Of a DNA stretch of 64,000 bases, positions 1-9,393 are shown piece after piece. The DNA lies in the NCBI GenBank assembly GCA_964502365.1, contig CAZCWQ010000003.1, positions 2,148 through 66,147 on the forward strand, read 5' to 3'. Below the pieces are notes generated by a model, which saw only the letters and a program-made list of their open reading frames with translations, ran no database searches and had not been told where the DNA came from. This DNA is from an uncultured Desulfobacterales bacterium. Its GTDB lineage: Bacteria; Desulfobacterota; Desulfobacteria; Desulfobacterales; C00003060. The translations under genes and the position numbers were made by a program. Every line of letters starts with the position of its first letter. The stretch's first letter is position 1.

Positions 1-1
1 C

Positions 2-187
2 GCGGCTATTGATGTTTTCGAAAACGAACCATACAGCGGTAGACTAAAAACGTTGTCAAACGTAATCTTGACCCCTCACATTGGCTCTTATGCTAAAGAA
101 GCACGGGTAGCTATGGAAATGCAGGCTGTGGAGAATCTCTTGAAGGGGCTGACGGGATTGATAGAGGGAGCTCCATGCGACGTATGA
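2..187 (+). CDS. D-isomer-specific 2-hydroxyacid dehydrogenase family protein, C-terminal fragment (gene begins upstream of window)
   Basis: Frame-2 translation AAIDVFENEPYSGRLKTLSNVILTPHIGSYAKEARVAMEMQAVENL... runs from the window edge to TGA at 185-187. The V.LTPHiGs..E stretch is the conserved C-terminal catalytic region of phosphoglycerate/glyoxylate-reductase-type dehydrogenases. It is absent from the ORF track because it has no in-window start. Confidence 0.6.
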   Translation, partial: AAIDVFENEPYSGRLKTLSNVILTPHIGSYAKEARVAMEMQAVENLLKGLTGLIEGAPCDV

Positions 188-271
188 TACGGCCTTGTCA
201 TTCTTTTGAAAAGACCTCGGCCTAGCAACGGCCACTTTGGATACGAAGTGTTGAGCACAGGAATTTAACTT

Positions 272-1174
272 ATGAAAAAGGCAGTGGTTTTTGGTGGTTC
301 AGGATTTTTAGGTAGCCACGTTGCAGATGCGCTGACCGAGAGTGGAATAGAGGTAGTCATATACGATCACAAGCCCTCGGAGTTTCTCTCGGAGAGCCAA
401 AGAATGGTTACAGGGTCGATTATGGATGTCGAAGCAGTCAAAGATGTGGTGCAGCAGGCCGCATATGTTTACAATTTTGCTGCCATAGCTGACATTCAAG
501 AGGCAGGTGAGAAGCCCTTGGAGACCATTAAAACCAATATTGTTGGCAACACCAATATCCTTGAGGCCTGTAGAGGGAGCGGTGTGGAAAGGTTCGTCTT
601 TGCCAGTTCGGTGTATGTTTATAGTAACATGGCCACCTTCTATCGAGCCAGCAAGCAAGCCTGTGAACTGATCATAGAGAGCTATCGGGAGAAGTTTGAT
701 CTAGATTATACAATATTGCGGTACGGTTCTTTATATGGCCCGAGGGCCAACCATTTCAACTTTATTACTCGCGTTATCAAAGAGGCACTCACAAAGCGGA
801 AGATATCACGAGAAGGAAATGGAGATGAGATTAGGGACTACATCCACGTGAAAGATGCGGCCAGATGTAGCGTTGAAATACTCAATAGCGAATATGTCAA
901 CCAGCATGTGATGATTACAGGAACGCAAACCACCCGAGTTAAAGATTTACTGGAAATGATTGCGGAGATGCTGGAGTTCGATGTCGAAATAGAATACTTG
1001 CCCAAGAGAGCGGAAGAGCATTATAGAATCACTCCGTATGCGTTCAGACCACAGGTGGCCAAAAAGCTGGTACTTCAAAGCTATCACGATCTTGGGCAGG
1101 GCATACTCGATTGCGTCTATGACATATATGCACGTTTAGATCAGGGTTCTACCAACAAAAACAGACACGAATGA
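272..1174 (+). CDS. NAD-dependent sugar-nucleotide epimerase/dehydratase (extended SDR)
   Basis: 300-aa ORF. It has an N-terminal Rossmann motif VVFGGSGFLGSHV and the catalytic YRASK (YxxxK). Length fits an extended SDR. Confidence 0.75.
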   Translation: MKKAVVFGGSGFLGSHVADALTESGIEVVIYDHKPSEFLSESQRMVTGSIMDVEAVKDVVQQAAYVYNFAAIADIQEAGEKPLETIKTNIVGNTNILEACRGSGVERFVFASSVYVYSNMATFYRASKQACELIIESYREKFDLDYTILRYGSLYGPRANHFNFITRVIKEALTKRKISREGNGDEIRDYIHVKDAARCSVEILNSEYVNQHVMITGTQTTRVKDLLEMIAEMLEFDVEIEYLPKRAEEHYRITPYAFRPQVAKKLVLQSYHDLGQGILDCVYDIYARLDQGSTNKNRHE

Positions 1175-1213
1175 CACCAAGCCCCCCTTTTTTGATGTTA
1201 AGACGTACTCTCA

Positions 1214-1945
1214 TTGGGTGATCAAGTGCCGAGACAAGCCTTGATAACAGGGGCGAATTCCGACATCGGTATCGAGGTGTGTAAACTCTATCTCGCTGAC
1301 GGATATCGTGTGATCGCTCATTACAGGAATGACGGTTCATCTCTTAAACGACTTCAGAAAGAAACAGAAGGCCGCCTCATTCCCTACCAGGCTGATTTTG
1401 CCAATCCTCATGCGGTGGATGAGATCAGGGCTTCAGACTCTGATCTTTTTGGTGCCACAGATGTTCTTGTATACATGGCTGCACTTAGGGAGCCCATTCC
1501 CTTGGAAGAGGTTACGTCAGACGACTTACTGCGCCATTTTACGGTTAATGTGATTCCATATGTTTTGTTCATGCAGTGGCTGGGGACGCACATGGCGAAG
1601 CGGGGCTGGGGGCGCATTGTTAACATAAGCAGCATAGGGGTGAAGTTTGGCGGTGGTCAGACAACCTTCTGCTATTCGATGACGAAACACGCTGCGGAAT
1701 TTGTTCCTGCAGTTCACAAGAAATGGGCAGCTTCTAATGTTTTTGTCAATGCTGTGCGGTTAGGTGTAACACAAACACGATATTTCAGGACGATGCCGGA
1801 AGAGACTAGAAAGGCTCGTATAGATTTGATTCCCGCCAAACGAATGGCTGAACCTGAGGAAATGGCGAAAATTGTTCACTGGTTGGGCTCTGAATCCAAT
1901 ACTTTCATGACAGGTCAGGTCATCTCACCCTCGGGTGGAGAATAA
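1214..1945 (+). CDS. Short-chain dehydrogenase/reductase (classical SDR)
   Basis: 243-aa ORF with LITGANSDIGIEV cofactor motif, catalytic YSMTKHA (YxxxK) and NAVRLG. The start is uncertain (TTG 1214 or in-frame GTG 1226). Confidence 0.7.
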   Translation: MGDQVPRQALITGANSDIGIEVCKLYLADGYRVIAHYRNDGSSLKRLQKETEGRLIPYQADFANPHAVDEIRASDSDLFGATDVLVYMAALREPIPLEEVTSDDLLRHFTVNVIPYVLFMQWLGTHMAKRGWGRIVNISSIGVKFGGGQTTFCYSMTKHAAEFVPAVHKKWAASNVFVNAVRLGVTQTRYFRTMPEETRKARIDLIPAKRMAEPEEMAKIVHWLGSESNTFMTGQVISPSGGE

Positions 1946-2108
1946 CAGTCCTTTCCCGAGACGACAACTCCAGGAATTTCTGCCTCATGTTTCATGTATG
2001 TCAAACCGTGTCGCGAGGCATAGCATCGTGCAAATGAATGGACCACCAAGAGAGGCATTGTGGACAACGTGATCACGACGGTCATTTTCTTTGCCCGAAA
2101 AAATAGGA

Positions 2109-3269
2109 ATGAACGCGCAAGCGACAACTGAGACGAGCACGTATAAGAAAGCGGATAGTATTCTGGAGTTTCGTACTAGTGATTCGGCTCGCCAAAGGAT
2201 TACAGCTCGCATTCGGACCCTTCACGAAAGCCTAAAATCACAACCCGATACTCTTGATCAACGTAAAAAGATTGTCCAAGCCGCCTGCAATGATCTGTTA
2301 GGAGTTGCTGAAGGGGCTGAGTTTTGGCTTCGGCCTCATGTGATTGCGGAAATAGATCGACTCGCTGAAGGAGAGTTGGAGCGATATCTGTATTATCGTT
2401 ATCGTTATGATGTCTATCCTACAAAACGTATTGCTGATGGTTACCCACCTTGCGTTCAAATTGAGCCCACGTCCATATGTAATTTTCGATGTGTATTCTG
2501 CTATCAGACAGATCAAACCTTCTCCAACAAAAAGCATGGGTACATGGGCATGATGAGCCTGGAACTATTCAAGAAAATAGTTGATCAATTACAGGGTGAG
2601 GTGGAGGCTCTTTCCCTGGCCTCTCGCGGTGAACCGCTGGCATGCCATGATTTTGTGCACATGCTTGAATATCTTTCCGGTAAATTTCTTGCGGTGAAAG
2701 TAAACACCAATGCTTCGTTGTTAGATGAAGTAAAAAGCCATGCCATACTGGAGTCCGATATACAAACCCTTGTTTTTTCTGTAGACACTTCTGACGCCGC
2801 TTCATACGGCCAGCTCAGAGTGAAAGGCAATTTCGAAAAAACCCTTAAGAATATTGAGCGATTTATTGCCATCAAAGAAAAATCTTACCCTGGCTCTCGT
2901 TTGATTACTAGGGTTTCTGGTGTCGCCTATTCCCATAGCCAGGACGCTGAAAAAATGGAAAGATTTTGGGGGAAATTGGTAGATCAGGTGGTGCTCGTTC
3001 AATATAACCCTTGGGAGAATGTATATGAATCCCCTGCCAGCGGAGTGGAGAAGGCATGCTCTGATTTATGGCGACGTCTGTTTGTGTGGTGGGATGGACG
3101 TATAAATCCATGTGATGTGGATTATAAGTCAACATTGAGTCCTGGATCCATCGAACAAAAATCAATATCAGAGTACTGGCAGGGAGCGCTATATGAAAAC
3201 ATGCGGCAGAAACATCTGAAAGGACTGCGTCACAATATTCGCCCCTGTTTAGGATGTGTTGTCGTGTAG
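2109..3269 (+). CDS. Radical SAM enzyme with N-terminal extension and C-terminal twitch/partial-SPASM-like Cys cluster
   Basis: ORF 2091-3269, first ATG at 2109. CNFRCVFCYQ (CxxxCxxC) lies about 130 aa in. The C-terminus has CSDLWRRLFVWWDGRINPC (Cx12Gx4C) and a terminal CLGC. Confidence 0.7.
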   Translation: MNAQATTETSTYKKADSILEFRTSDSARQRITARIRTLHESLKSQPDTLDQRKKIVQAACNDLLGVAEGAEFWLRPHVIAEIDRLAEGELERYLYYRYRYDVYPTKRIADGYPPCVQIEPTSICNFRCVFCYQTDQTFSNKKHGYMGMMSLELFKKIVDQLQGEVEALSLASRGEPLACHDFVHMLEYLSGKFLAVKVNTNASLLDEVKSHAILESDIQTLVFSVDTSDAASYGQLRVKGNFEKTLKNIERFIAIKEKSYPGSRLITRVSGVAYSHSQDAEKMERFWGKLVDQVVLVQYNPWENVYESPASGVEKACSDLWRRLFVWWDGRINPCDVDYKSTLSPGSIEQKSISEYWQGALYENMRQKHLKGLRHNIRPCLGCVVV

Positions 3270-3325
3270 TTCAGTATGGCGTACCTTTTTAGTATATTCC
3301 TTCTCGAAAAAAGAGGAGTGGATTA

Positions 3326-4063
3326 ATGATTTGTGCGCTTTTGCTTGGCCGAAAAGGCAGTGTGAGTTTCCCCGGAAAAAATACGACACTAGTTCTGGGC
3401 AAACCACTTGCCTGGTATCCCATGCATGCGGCGTTATTGTCGGGAATCGTCGAAAAGGGATTTATGTCAACGGATGACGAAGCCCTTATGGATCTTGCGA
3501 AAAAGACTGGTTTTGAGGTGATTGAACGTCCCCCTCACCTTGCCACGAAAGAAGCTCTCGGAGAAGATGCTTTTAAGCATGGCTATGAGGTGATCAAAGA
3601 GCGCATTCGGGGAAAACCTGATATTCTTGTATTGCTCTTTTGTAATGCGCCGACACTCACGCCGGATCAAATTCGACAGGGAGTCCGTGTCCTTCAAGAA
3701 AATCCAGAATATGATTCAGCCGTGACGGTTTCCCGTTTTAATATGTACAGTCCTTTGCGGGCCCGTAGAATCGGGGAAGATGGTTTGCTTCATCCATTCG
3801 TTCCCCTCGAGACGTTGGGTCATTTCGATACGCTCACCTGTGATCGAGACAGCCAAGGTGATGTATGGTTTACTGATGTCGCTCTCAGTGTCATCCGTCC
3901 GAGAAATCTCGAAAACCTGGAAGACGGAATGCTTCCACAAAAATGGATGGGACAAAAAATCTATCCTCTTATAAATGACGCCGGTCTTGATGTTGATTAT
4001 TCGTGGCAACTCGGACAAGTAGAATGGTGGTTGCGAAAGAATGGATTCGGGGAGGATACATAG
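3326..4063 (+). CDS. Cytidylyltransferase of the CMP-N-acylneuraminate/CMP-sugar synthetase type
   Basis: 245-aa ORF. N-terminal ALLLGRKGSVSFPGKN..LGKPL and STDDE match the pattern of acylneuraminate cytidylyltransferase-family proteins (AR.gS...p.KN ... vsTDd). Confidence 0.7.
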   Translation: MICALLLGRKGSVSFPGKNTTLVLGKPLAWYPMHAALLSGIVEKGFMSTDDEALMDLAKKTGFEVIERPPHLATKEALGEDAFKHGYEVIKERIRGKPDILVLLFCNAPTLTPDQIRQGVRVLQENPEYDSAVTVSRFNMYSPLRARRIGEDGLLHPFVPLETLGHFDTLTCDRDSQGDVWFTDVALSVIRPRNLENLEDGMLPQKWMGQKIYPLINDAGLDVDYSWQLGQVEWWLRKNGFGEDT

Positions 4064-4078
4064 CCAACGGATGGCTTC

Positions 4079-5074
4079 ATGAAAGAACATGAGATTCGTC
4101 CAAAGGAATTGTACAAAGAATACTTGCGCTTGATTGCGCAAGACGCCAGGAAACTGGTGGGGCACGGTAGAAGAGTGCCGTGCCCGGGTTGCGGGAACAG
4201 ACACACTGTTTTTCTTTTTGAAAAAAGCGGTTTCCCTTACGAGCGATGTGGGAGATGCAATACTTTTTTTTGTAGCCCGAGACCATCCATGGAAGAGATG
4301 GTATTTTTTTACAAAAGTACGCCTTCGGCCCGTTATTGGAATGAGGTTTTCTGGCCATATGTAGAGGAAAAACGGAGAGAAGGTGTTTTTGCTCCGAAAG
4401 TCAGTCAGATTCTTGCGCATTGCGAGGTACAAAGCATTACCCTAAAGAGAGTGTTGGACATAGGAGCTGGCAACGGTGTATTTCTGGATGAATTTCGAAA
4501 ACAGCATCCGAATGCTGAATTTCGTGCCATTGATCCGGGAAATAATGCGGTGGCCAAGTGTCGGGAAAAAGGATTTGAGGTGCTCCAGGGAACTGCGGAG
4601 GTGATAGATCAATGGCAGGGGTGGGCCGATCTGGTAACCAGCTTTGAAGTGCTGGAGCATGTCCATGATCCTTTGAAATTTGTGTCATCAGCCATGAGAT
4701 ATGTAGCTAAGAATGGTCTGGTTTTGATGAGTACGTTGAACCAGGAGGGCGGAGATTTGAGATTACTTAGAGAACGCTCCAGCCAGGTTCTGCCTCCCCT
4801 GCACATTAATTTTCTAAGTGTTACGGGATTCAGAACGCTCTTTGCCAGAGCGGGTTTTAATGACATCGAGATTGAAACACCGGGACGGCTGGATATGGAC
4901 ATCATCAAGAATGCGTTAGATGAAGGTATTCTGAAACGAAGCGAAATAGATCCCTTTTTGGCCTGGGTTATTTACGAGTCTGACGAAGAGGTCAAGGAGA
5001 ATTTCCAGCAATTCTTGGCAAATCATGAAATGAGTTCCCACATTTGGATCTGGGCACAAACAGGAGACACTTAG
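4079..5074 (+). CDS. Class I SAM-dependent methyltransferase with N-terminal zinc ribbon
   Basis: 331 aa. CPGCGN...CGRCNTFF (CxxC...CxxC) is followed by SAM motif I VLDIGAGNGVF and FEVLEHV. Confidence 0.7.
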   Translation: MKEHEIRPKELYKEYLRLIAQDARKLVGHGRRVPCPGCGNRHTVFLFEKSGFPYERCGRCNTFFCSPRPSMEEMVFFYKSTPSARYWNEVFWPYVEEKRREGVFAPKVSQILAHCEVQSITLKRVLDIGAGNGVFLDEFRKQHPNAEFRAIDPGNNAVAKCREKGFEVLQGTAEVIDQWQGWADLVTSFEVLEHVHDPLKFVSSAMRYVAKNGLVLMSTLNQEGGDLRLLRERSSQVLPPLHINFLSVTGFRTLFARAGFNDIEIETPGRLDMDIIKNALDEGILKRSEIDPFLAWVIYESDEEVKENFQQFLANHEMSSHIWIWAQTGDT

Positions 5075-5089
5075 AACGAAGCTTTGGAA

Positions 5090-5740
5090 ATGGACCTTTG
5101 TGCCATTATTTTTGACTTTGACGGGGTTCTCGCTGAGTCAGTGAATGTCAAAACCTGTGCTTTTGCCGCCCTGTATGAGAAGTACGGACCAGAAATACAA
5201 AGGGCGGTCGTGGATTTCCATTTAAGAAACGGTGGTATGTCCCGTTACGAAAAATTCCGATTCTATCATATGGAGCTTCTTGGAAAGCCACTCAGCGCGG
5301 AAGAAGAGAAGGCACTGGGCGCACATTTTTCAAAACTCGTTCTTGAGAAAGTGATCAATGCGCCTATGGTCCCGGGTGGGCGCAGGTTTTTGGAACGACA
5401 CCGTCATGATTGCGACATGCACGTGGCATCGGGTACGCCGGACGACGAGATAAAGCTAATTGTCAGGGAACGGGGTCTGTCAAGATTCTTCGTTACTGTC
5501 AGTGGTTCTCCGAGGACGAAAACTGAGATTATCAAAAGTATTCTTTCCGAGTACGATTACCCTCCTGGGAAGGTTGTGATGGTGGGTGACGCCCTTTCTG
5601 ACTACGCAGGGGCAACTGAATCCGGAGTCCGTTTCATTGGTAGGGTAGGGGACGAAGAGGACAATCCTTTTCCTCCCACAGAGATTACCATACGAGATCT
5701 GCGTGAACTCGAGACCGCAATTCAGCAGTTGTTCAACTAG
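5090..5740 (+). CDS. HAD-superfamily phosphatase
   Basis: ATG at 5090 (the ORF track starts at TTG 5084). IIFDFDGVLAES is HAD motif I (DxD), ASGTP is motif II and MVGDALSD is motif IV. Confidence 0.7.
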   Translation: MDLCAIIFDFDGVLAESVNVKTCAFAALYEKYGPEIQRAVVDFHLRNGGMSRYEKFRFYHMELLGKPLSAEEEKALGAHFSKLVLEKVINAPMVPGGRRFLERHRHDCDMHVASGTPDDEIKLIVRERGLSRFFVTVSGSPRTKTEIIKSILSEYDYPPGKVVMVGDALSDYAGATESGVRFIGRVGDEEDNPFPPTEITIRDLRELETAIQQLFN

Positions 5741-5753
5741 AAACAGAGCATTT

Positions 5754-7850
5754 GTGAAAACACTTTTTGTTTTTGATAACAGCGCCAAGATTGGGGAAGT
5801 CCCAGAAAAGAGATTTCAAAATGTCTCGAACATAGATCTTTTTCCACTAACGAGTGATTTTGGAGTTGTTGCACGGGTTCAGGAGGATTTTGGGAGACAA
5901 GGGATCAAAGGCAAAACTGTTTTAGATAGTGCCGACATGGTGAACAAATGTGTCAATTGGTTGAGAGATCAGATTCAGGTTTGGTCTAGGGAGCTTGGAA
6001 ATATCTACGTAGAACCCGAAGTCTCGGTAAAACAGGCATTTCTCACTGGGACAGGCGGGGTGAGCACTTATTGGTTCAGTTTGGCGGCAGAAAAGAATCC
6101 TCTGAAGAGTGACCTCTTTTTGAGAATTGCCCAGTGTAGAGCCGTCGAATTATGCCTGGACAAGGGATCATATGAAAATTGCATTTGCTCACTTAATGAT
6201 CGTTCATTGCGTTTGTCTATAGAATCCGTAGCTAAGGTTCAGTCAGTTGGTTTTTTGGATGTGACAAGGCGGCCGTGGAAGTCTCAGCTGAAGGATTTTA
6301 TGACATCAAACAAGTTTTTGATGGGAACAATTGCCCAGGCCATCGGTTTTCTTGTGCGTGCATGCAAGTGGAGTCGCCAAGCTAGAGCCGTTCTGGGACC
6401 ATGGAAGGAGCACAATGGGTTTGCTGATCCGCTATTGGTGGTCAGCTATTTCCCTTATCTCGATAGGGCCCGGGCAGAAGAAGGACATTTTATTAACAAA
6501 TACTTCGCACCCTTACAAAACAAGATGAAAAAGCTCAAAATAACTCCAGCTTGGCTTTTGATTTTCGTATTCATTGATGGCTATTCATATAGGGATGCTG
6601 TTCTGTTGGCTAAAATGCTGGCCCAGAAAGGCATTCATTTGAGACTTGTTGAGCAAGCTTTGAATTATAATATTGCACTGAAGGTCTTTCTGCATTGGAT
6701 ACGGCAGGTGTGGCGGTTTTATCGATTTCGGGTGCGATTGTTAAAAGCGCGAAAGGAGCTGGAAATATGGTCTGAAGCCCAACGGCCGATTCTTGATGAA
6801 CTGATGAGAATGTCATTTTGTGGAACCCCAGCCATGCAGGGCCTTTACTACTACTATGTTTTCAGAAGATTTTGTAATGGACTCCGCAATACCAAGCTAT
6901 GTTTGTATTTATGTGAAATGTTGTCTTGGGAAAAGGCCCTAAATGCCGCCATGGCCGACATCGCCCCGAATGTGTTCAGGGTGGGCTATCAACATACATC
7001 TATTGCGCAGAACCACTTCTTCTATTTTAACCATCCAGATAACACGCGAAGAACGGGTAAGAAGACGGATCTGCCCTTGCCAGACTTGGTGGCAGTGAAT
7101 GGGAGTGTTCCGCGTGGTCTCCTGGAAACTTCGAAGTATCCGAGATTAAAAATAGTCGAGGCTTTACGACAACTCAATACGACTTGGATGGCAACAGAGC
7201 AAGGCAAAAACGGTAAGAAATCAGGGGTGTTACTGGTGGCTGCTTCTTATAGTTTTAAGGAGACCTGTGCCATGGTGTCAATCGTTCGACAAGCATTTGC
7301 AAAGGGGGAAAGTGTAGAAATTCTGCTAAAGGGCCACCCTTCTTGCTCTATGGAGGACGTCTGTCAGGCATTGGATATTGATACCAAGACAGCTGGGTAC
7401 CGCATTGTAGGGGGCAACGTAGGGCAGTGGCTTTCAAAAGCGACGATGGTGCTTGTGGGGGCCAGCACGGTCGCAATTGAAGCCCTAGCATACGGCTGTC
7501 ATGTCATTGTTCCGGTTTTCAGTGATGCGTTGAACATGTCTCCTGTACTAGGGAGTGAGGAGTTTTATCATTTGATATCCACTCCTGAGGATTTGAAGAG
7601 AGTGGTAGAAAAGGCAAGAGGAGGCAAATCGGCTAGACAAATAAAAAAAGCACGACAATTTGTGCGAAGATATTGGTGCCTTGACAAGGATTTGCCGAGG
7701 TGGCAAGAAATGTTGTTGCAGCACTGCAGGCCGCAAGCCCTGTATATTAGGAACGTAGGGGTGGGTACTTTTGCCAAGTTGGATGGCGATCGAGAACGGG
7801 AAATAATGCGGAACGAGAAAAATGAGGCATTTTCACAAACAATATCCTGA
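5754..7850 (+). CDS. Large orphan protein; C-terminal third resembles a GT-B-type sugar transferase domain (KGHP motif)
   Basis: Long uninterrupted ORF (track 5703-7850). In-frame GTG at 5754 lies just after the HAD stop. The C-terminus has VLLVAASYSF...ILLKGHPSC...MVLVGASTVAIEALAYGCHVIVP, which resembles the nucleotide-sugar-binding half of GT-B transferases. No family assignment is possible by eye. Confidence 0.45.
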   Translation: MKTLFVFDNSAKIGEVPEKRFQNVSNIDLFPLTSDFGVVARVQEDFGRQGIKGKTVLDSADMVNKCVNWLRDQIQVWSRELGNIYVEPEVSVKQAFLTGTGGVSTYWFSLAAEKNPLKSDLFLRIAQCRAVELCLDKGSYENCICSLNDRSLRLSIESVAKVQSVGFLDVTRRPWKSQLKDFMTSNKFLMGTIAQAIGFLVRACKWSRQARAVLGPWKEHNGFADPLLVVSYFPYLDRARAEEGHFINKYFAPLQNKMKKLKITPAWLLIFVFIDGYSYRDAVLLAKMLAQKGIHLRLVEQALNYNIALKVFLHWIRQVWRFYRFRVRLLKARKELEIWSEAQRPILDELMRMSFCGTPAMQGLYYYYVFRRFCNGLRNTKLCLYLCEMLSWEKALNAAMADIAPNVFRVGYQHTSIAQNHFFYFNHPDNTRRTGKKTDLPLPDLVAVNGSVPRGLLETSKYPRLKIVEALRQLNTTWMATEQGKNGKKSGVLLVAASYSFKETCAMVSIVRQAFAKGESVEILLKGHPSCSMEDVCQALDIDTKTAGYRIVGGNVGQWLSKATMVLVGASTVAIEALAYGCHVIVPVFSDALNMSPVLGSEEFYHLISTPEDLKRVVEKARGGKSARQIKKARQFVRRYWCLDKDLPRWQEMLLQHCRPQALYIRNVGVGTFAKLDGDREREIMRNEKNEAFSQTIS

Positions 7851-9321
7851 CATTATCTTAATCATTCTTGATTCTGCACGCCGTGACATGTTTGGATGTT
7901 ACGGCCACGAAGGTGGCCTGACACCCAATATTGATGAATTTGCGGCGCAGAGCTTGTTGTTATGGGATCATTACGCGGGAGGATGTGGCTCCACCCAGGG
8001 TCATGTTAGCATTTTCCTTGGGCAGCATTCTGCTCGGAACGGGATCGTTCATAATTTTTCTGAGATTAAACCGAACATCATGGCTTTACCGAAGATGCTA
8101 AGAAAATTGGGTTACAAGACATTTGGTCATTGTATGGCAAGCTTCATCCCCCCAGCTGGTCATGAACAGCTGTTTGGCTTTGACGAGTTGTATTACCCGG
8201 GCAACCGCAGCGTGCATGGGAAGGCCGACTGCAAGTCTGTGTTTATTCAGATGCTTCGGGCCAAACCAGTTTTGTGGACCTTTCTAAAGACAACGTATAA
8301 GCGATTTAGAGGGCAAGGGGCACTTATCAAGGCTTCGGCTAGAAACTTCGATGGAAAGGCTTCTTTGGATTTTCTATACAAAAGGCTGAGAGATGAAAAA
8401 GGCAATGAGCCCATATTTGCCTATACAACATTGCTGCATCCCCATACGCCTTACTATCCGCCAGACTGGTGTCTCAAAGAAGTATTCAACAGCCAGCCCA
8501 TAGATCCTCTTTCCTTCGACATTCAAGCCGATGTCCACGCATGGATCAACGGAAATTATGGGCCAGCAGAGTCGGCTTTGGGCTCCCTTAAGAAATTCTA
8601 TATGGCTGAGCTTTTGTATGCAGACCATCTAGTGGGAGGGTTCATTAGGAGGTTAAAAGAGAATGGACTTTTGGAGAATACAGTGTTGGTTGTTACCTCC
8701 GATCATGGGGAGATGTTGGGAGAGCATGGCCAACTTAATCACGGCATGACGACGTGGGAGGAAGTGTACAGAGTGCCTTGTATTATTTACTACCCTGAGA
8801 GGCTCGGTGAGAGTAGGAAGATTAACTATCTCACGTCGAACCTTGATCTGCTGCCGTCTTTGTTTGGTATGATTGGACAGGCAGGATATCCACATACGAG
8901 GACAGAGTTAGATGGTGTTTCGATTATGGATCAGACGTTTGACTGGGAGCACCGACAACTTGTGGTTGACTCCCCTCCCTTGGTATTGCCAGAACGACTA
9001 AAGGACTATCCCAAAGTCGTAGCCAAAGGGAGTGTCTTCTTCCGGGCCGTGAGAAATAGTCAATACAAGTATGTTTGGGTTTCAAACGGACTGAGATACC
9101 TGTTCCCCGTTGACGTCTATGAATCATCTGCCAATAATATACTAGAGGAAGAACCTGAGATTGTCAAACGAATGCATGGGGAGATGTTGGCTTATTATGA
9201 CAGTGTGGATTCCAAATATGACATTGATCAGTATCCGATCAACATGGGGATATCTGCGGCAATGAAGATGACCAACCCTGCGATTCGACAGGAACTGAAG
9301 CGGCTAGGCTATGTCCGGTGA
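7822..9321 (+). CDS. Alkaline-phosphatase-superfamily protein (sulfatase/phosphodiesterase-like), non-canonical active-site motif
   Basis: 499 aa. IILIILDSARRDMFGCYGH (metal-binding Asp region), TSDHGEMLGEHG, and no N-terminal TM segments. At the formylglycine position the motif reads S-T-Q-G-H rather than C/S-x-P-x-R. Confidence 0.65.
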   Translation: MRHFHKQYPDIILIILDSARRDMFGCYGHEGGLTPNIDEFAAQSLLLWDHYAGGCGSTQGHVSIFLGQHSARNGIVHNFSEIKPNIMALPKMLRKLGYKTFGHCMASFIPPAGHEQLFGFDELYYPGNRSVHGKADCKSVFIQMLRAKPVLWTFLKTTYKRFRGQGALIKASARNFDGKASLDFLYKRLRDEKGNEPIFAYTTLLHPHTPYYPPDWCLKEVFNSQPIDPLSFDIQADVHAWINGNYGPAESALGSLKKFYMAELLYADHLVGGFIRRLKENGLLENTVLVVTSDHGEMLGEHGQLNHGMTTWEEVYRVPCIIYYPERLGESRKINYLTSNLDLLPSLFGMIGQAGYPHTRTELDGVSIMDQTFDWEHRQLVVDSPPLVLPERLKDYPKVVAKGSVFFRAVRNSQYKYVWVSNGLRYLFPVDVYESSANNILEEEPEIVKRMHGEMLAYYDSVDSKYDIDQYPINMGISAAMKMTNPAIRQELKRLGYVR

Positions 9322-9393
9322 TAGGGAGCTATCAAATGTTGGCGTTAGTCGCGGATGGTTTTGAGGTGAAACACATAGAAAGAGGAGGTAGGA

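Noticed and set aside
4264-4271. T8 homopolymer (and a nearby T7) inside the 4079 methyltransferase, considered as a slipped-strand phase-variation tract.
   Set aside because: The tracts are short and are A/T rather than the long poly-G/C or multi-unit repeats typical of phase-variable glycan genes. Similar A8 runs occur in recC and the Fur-FeoA gene.
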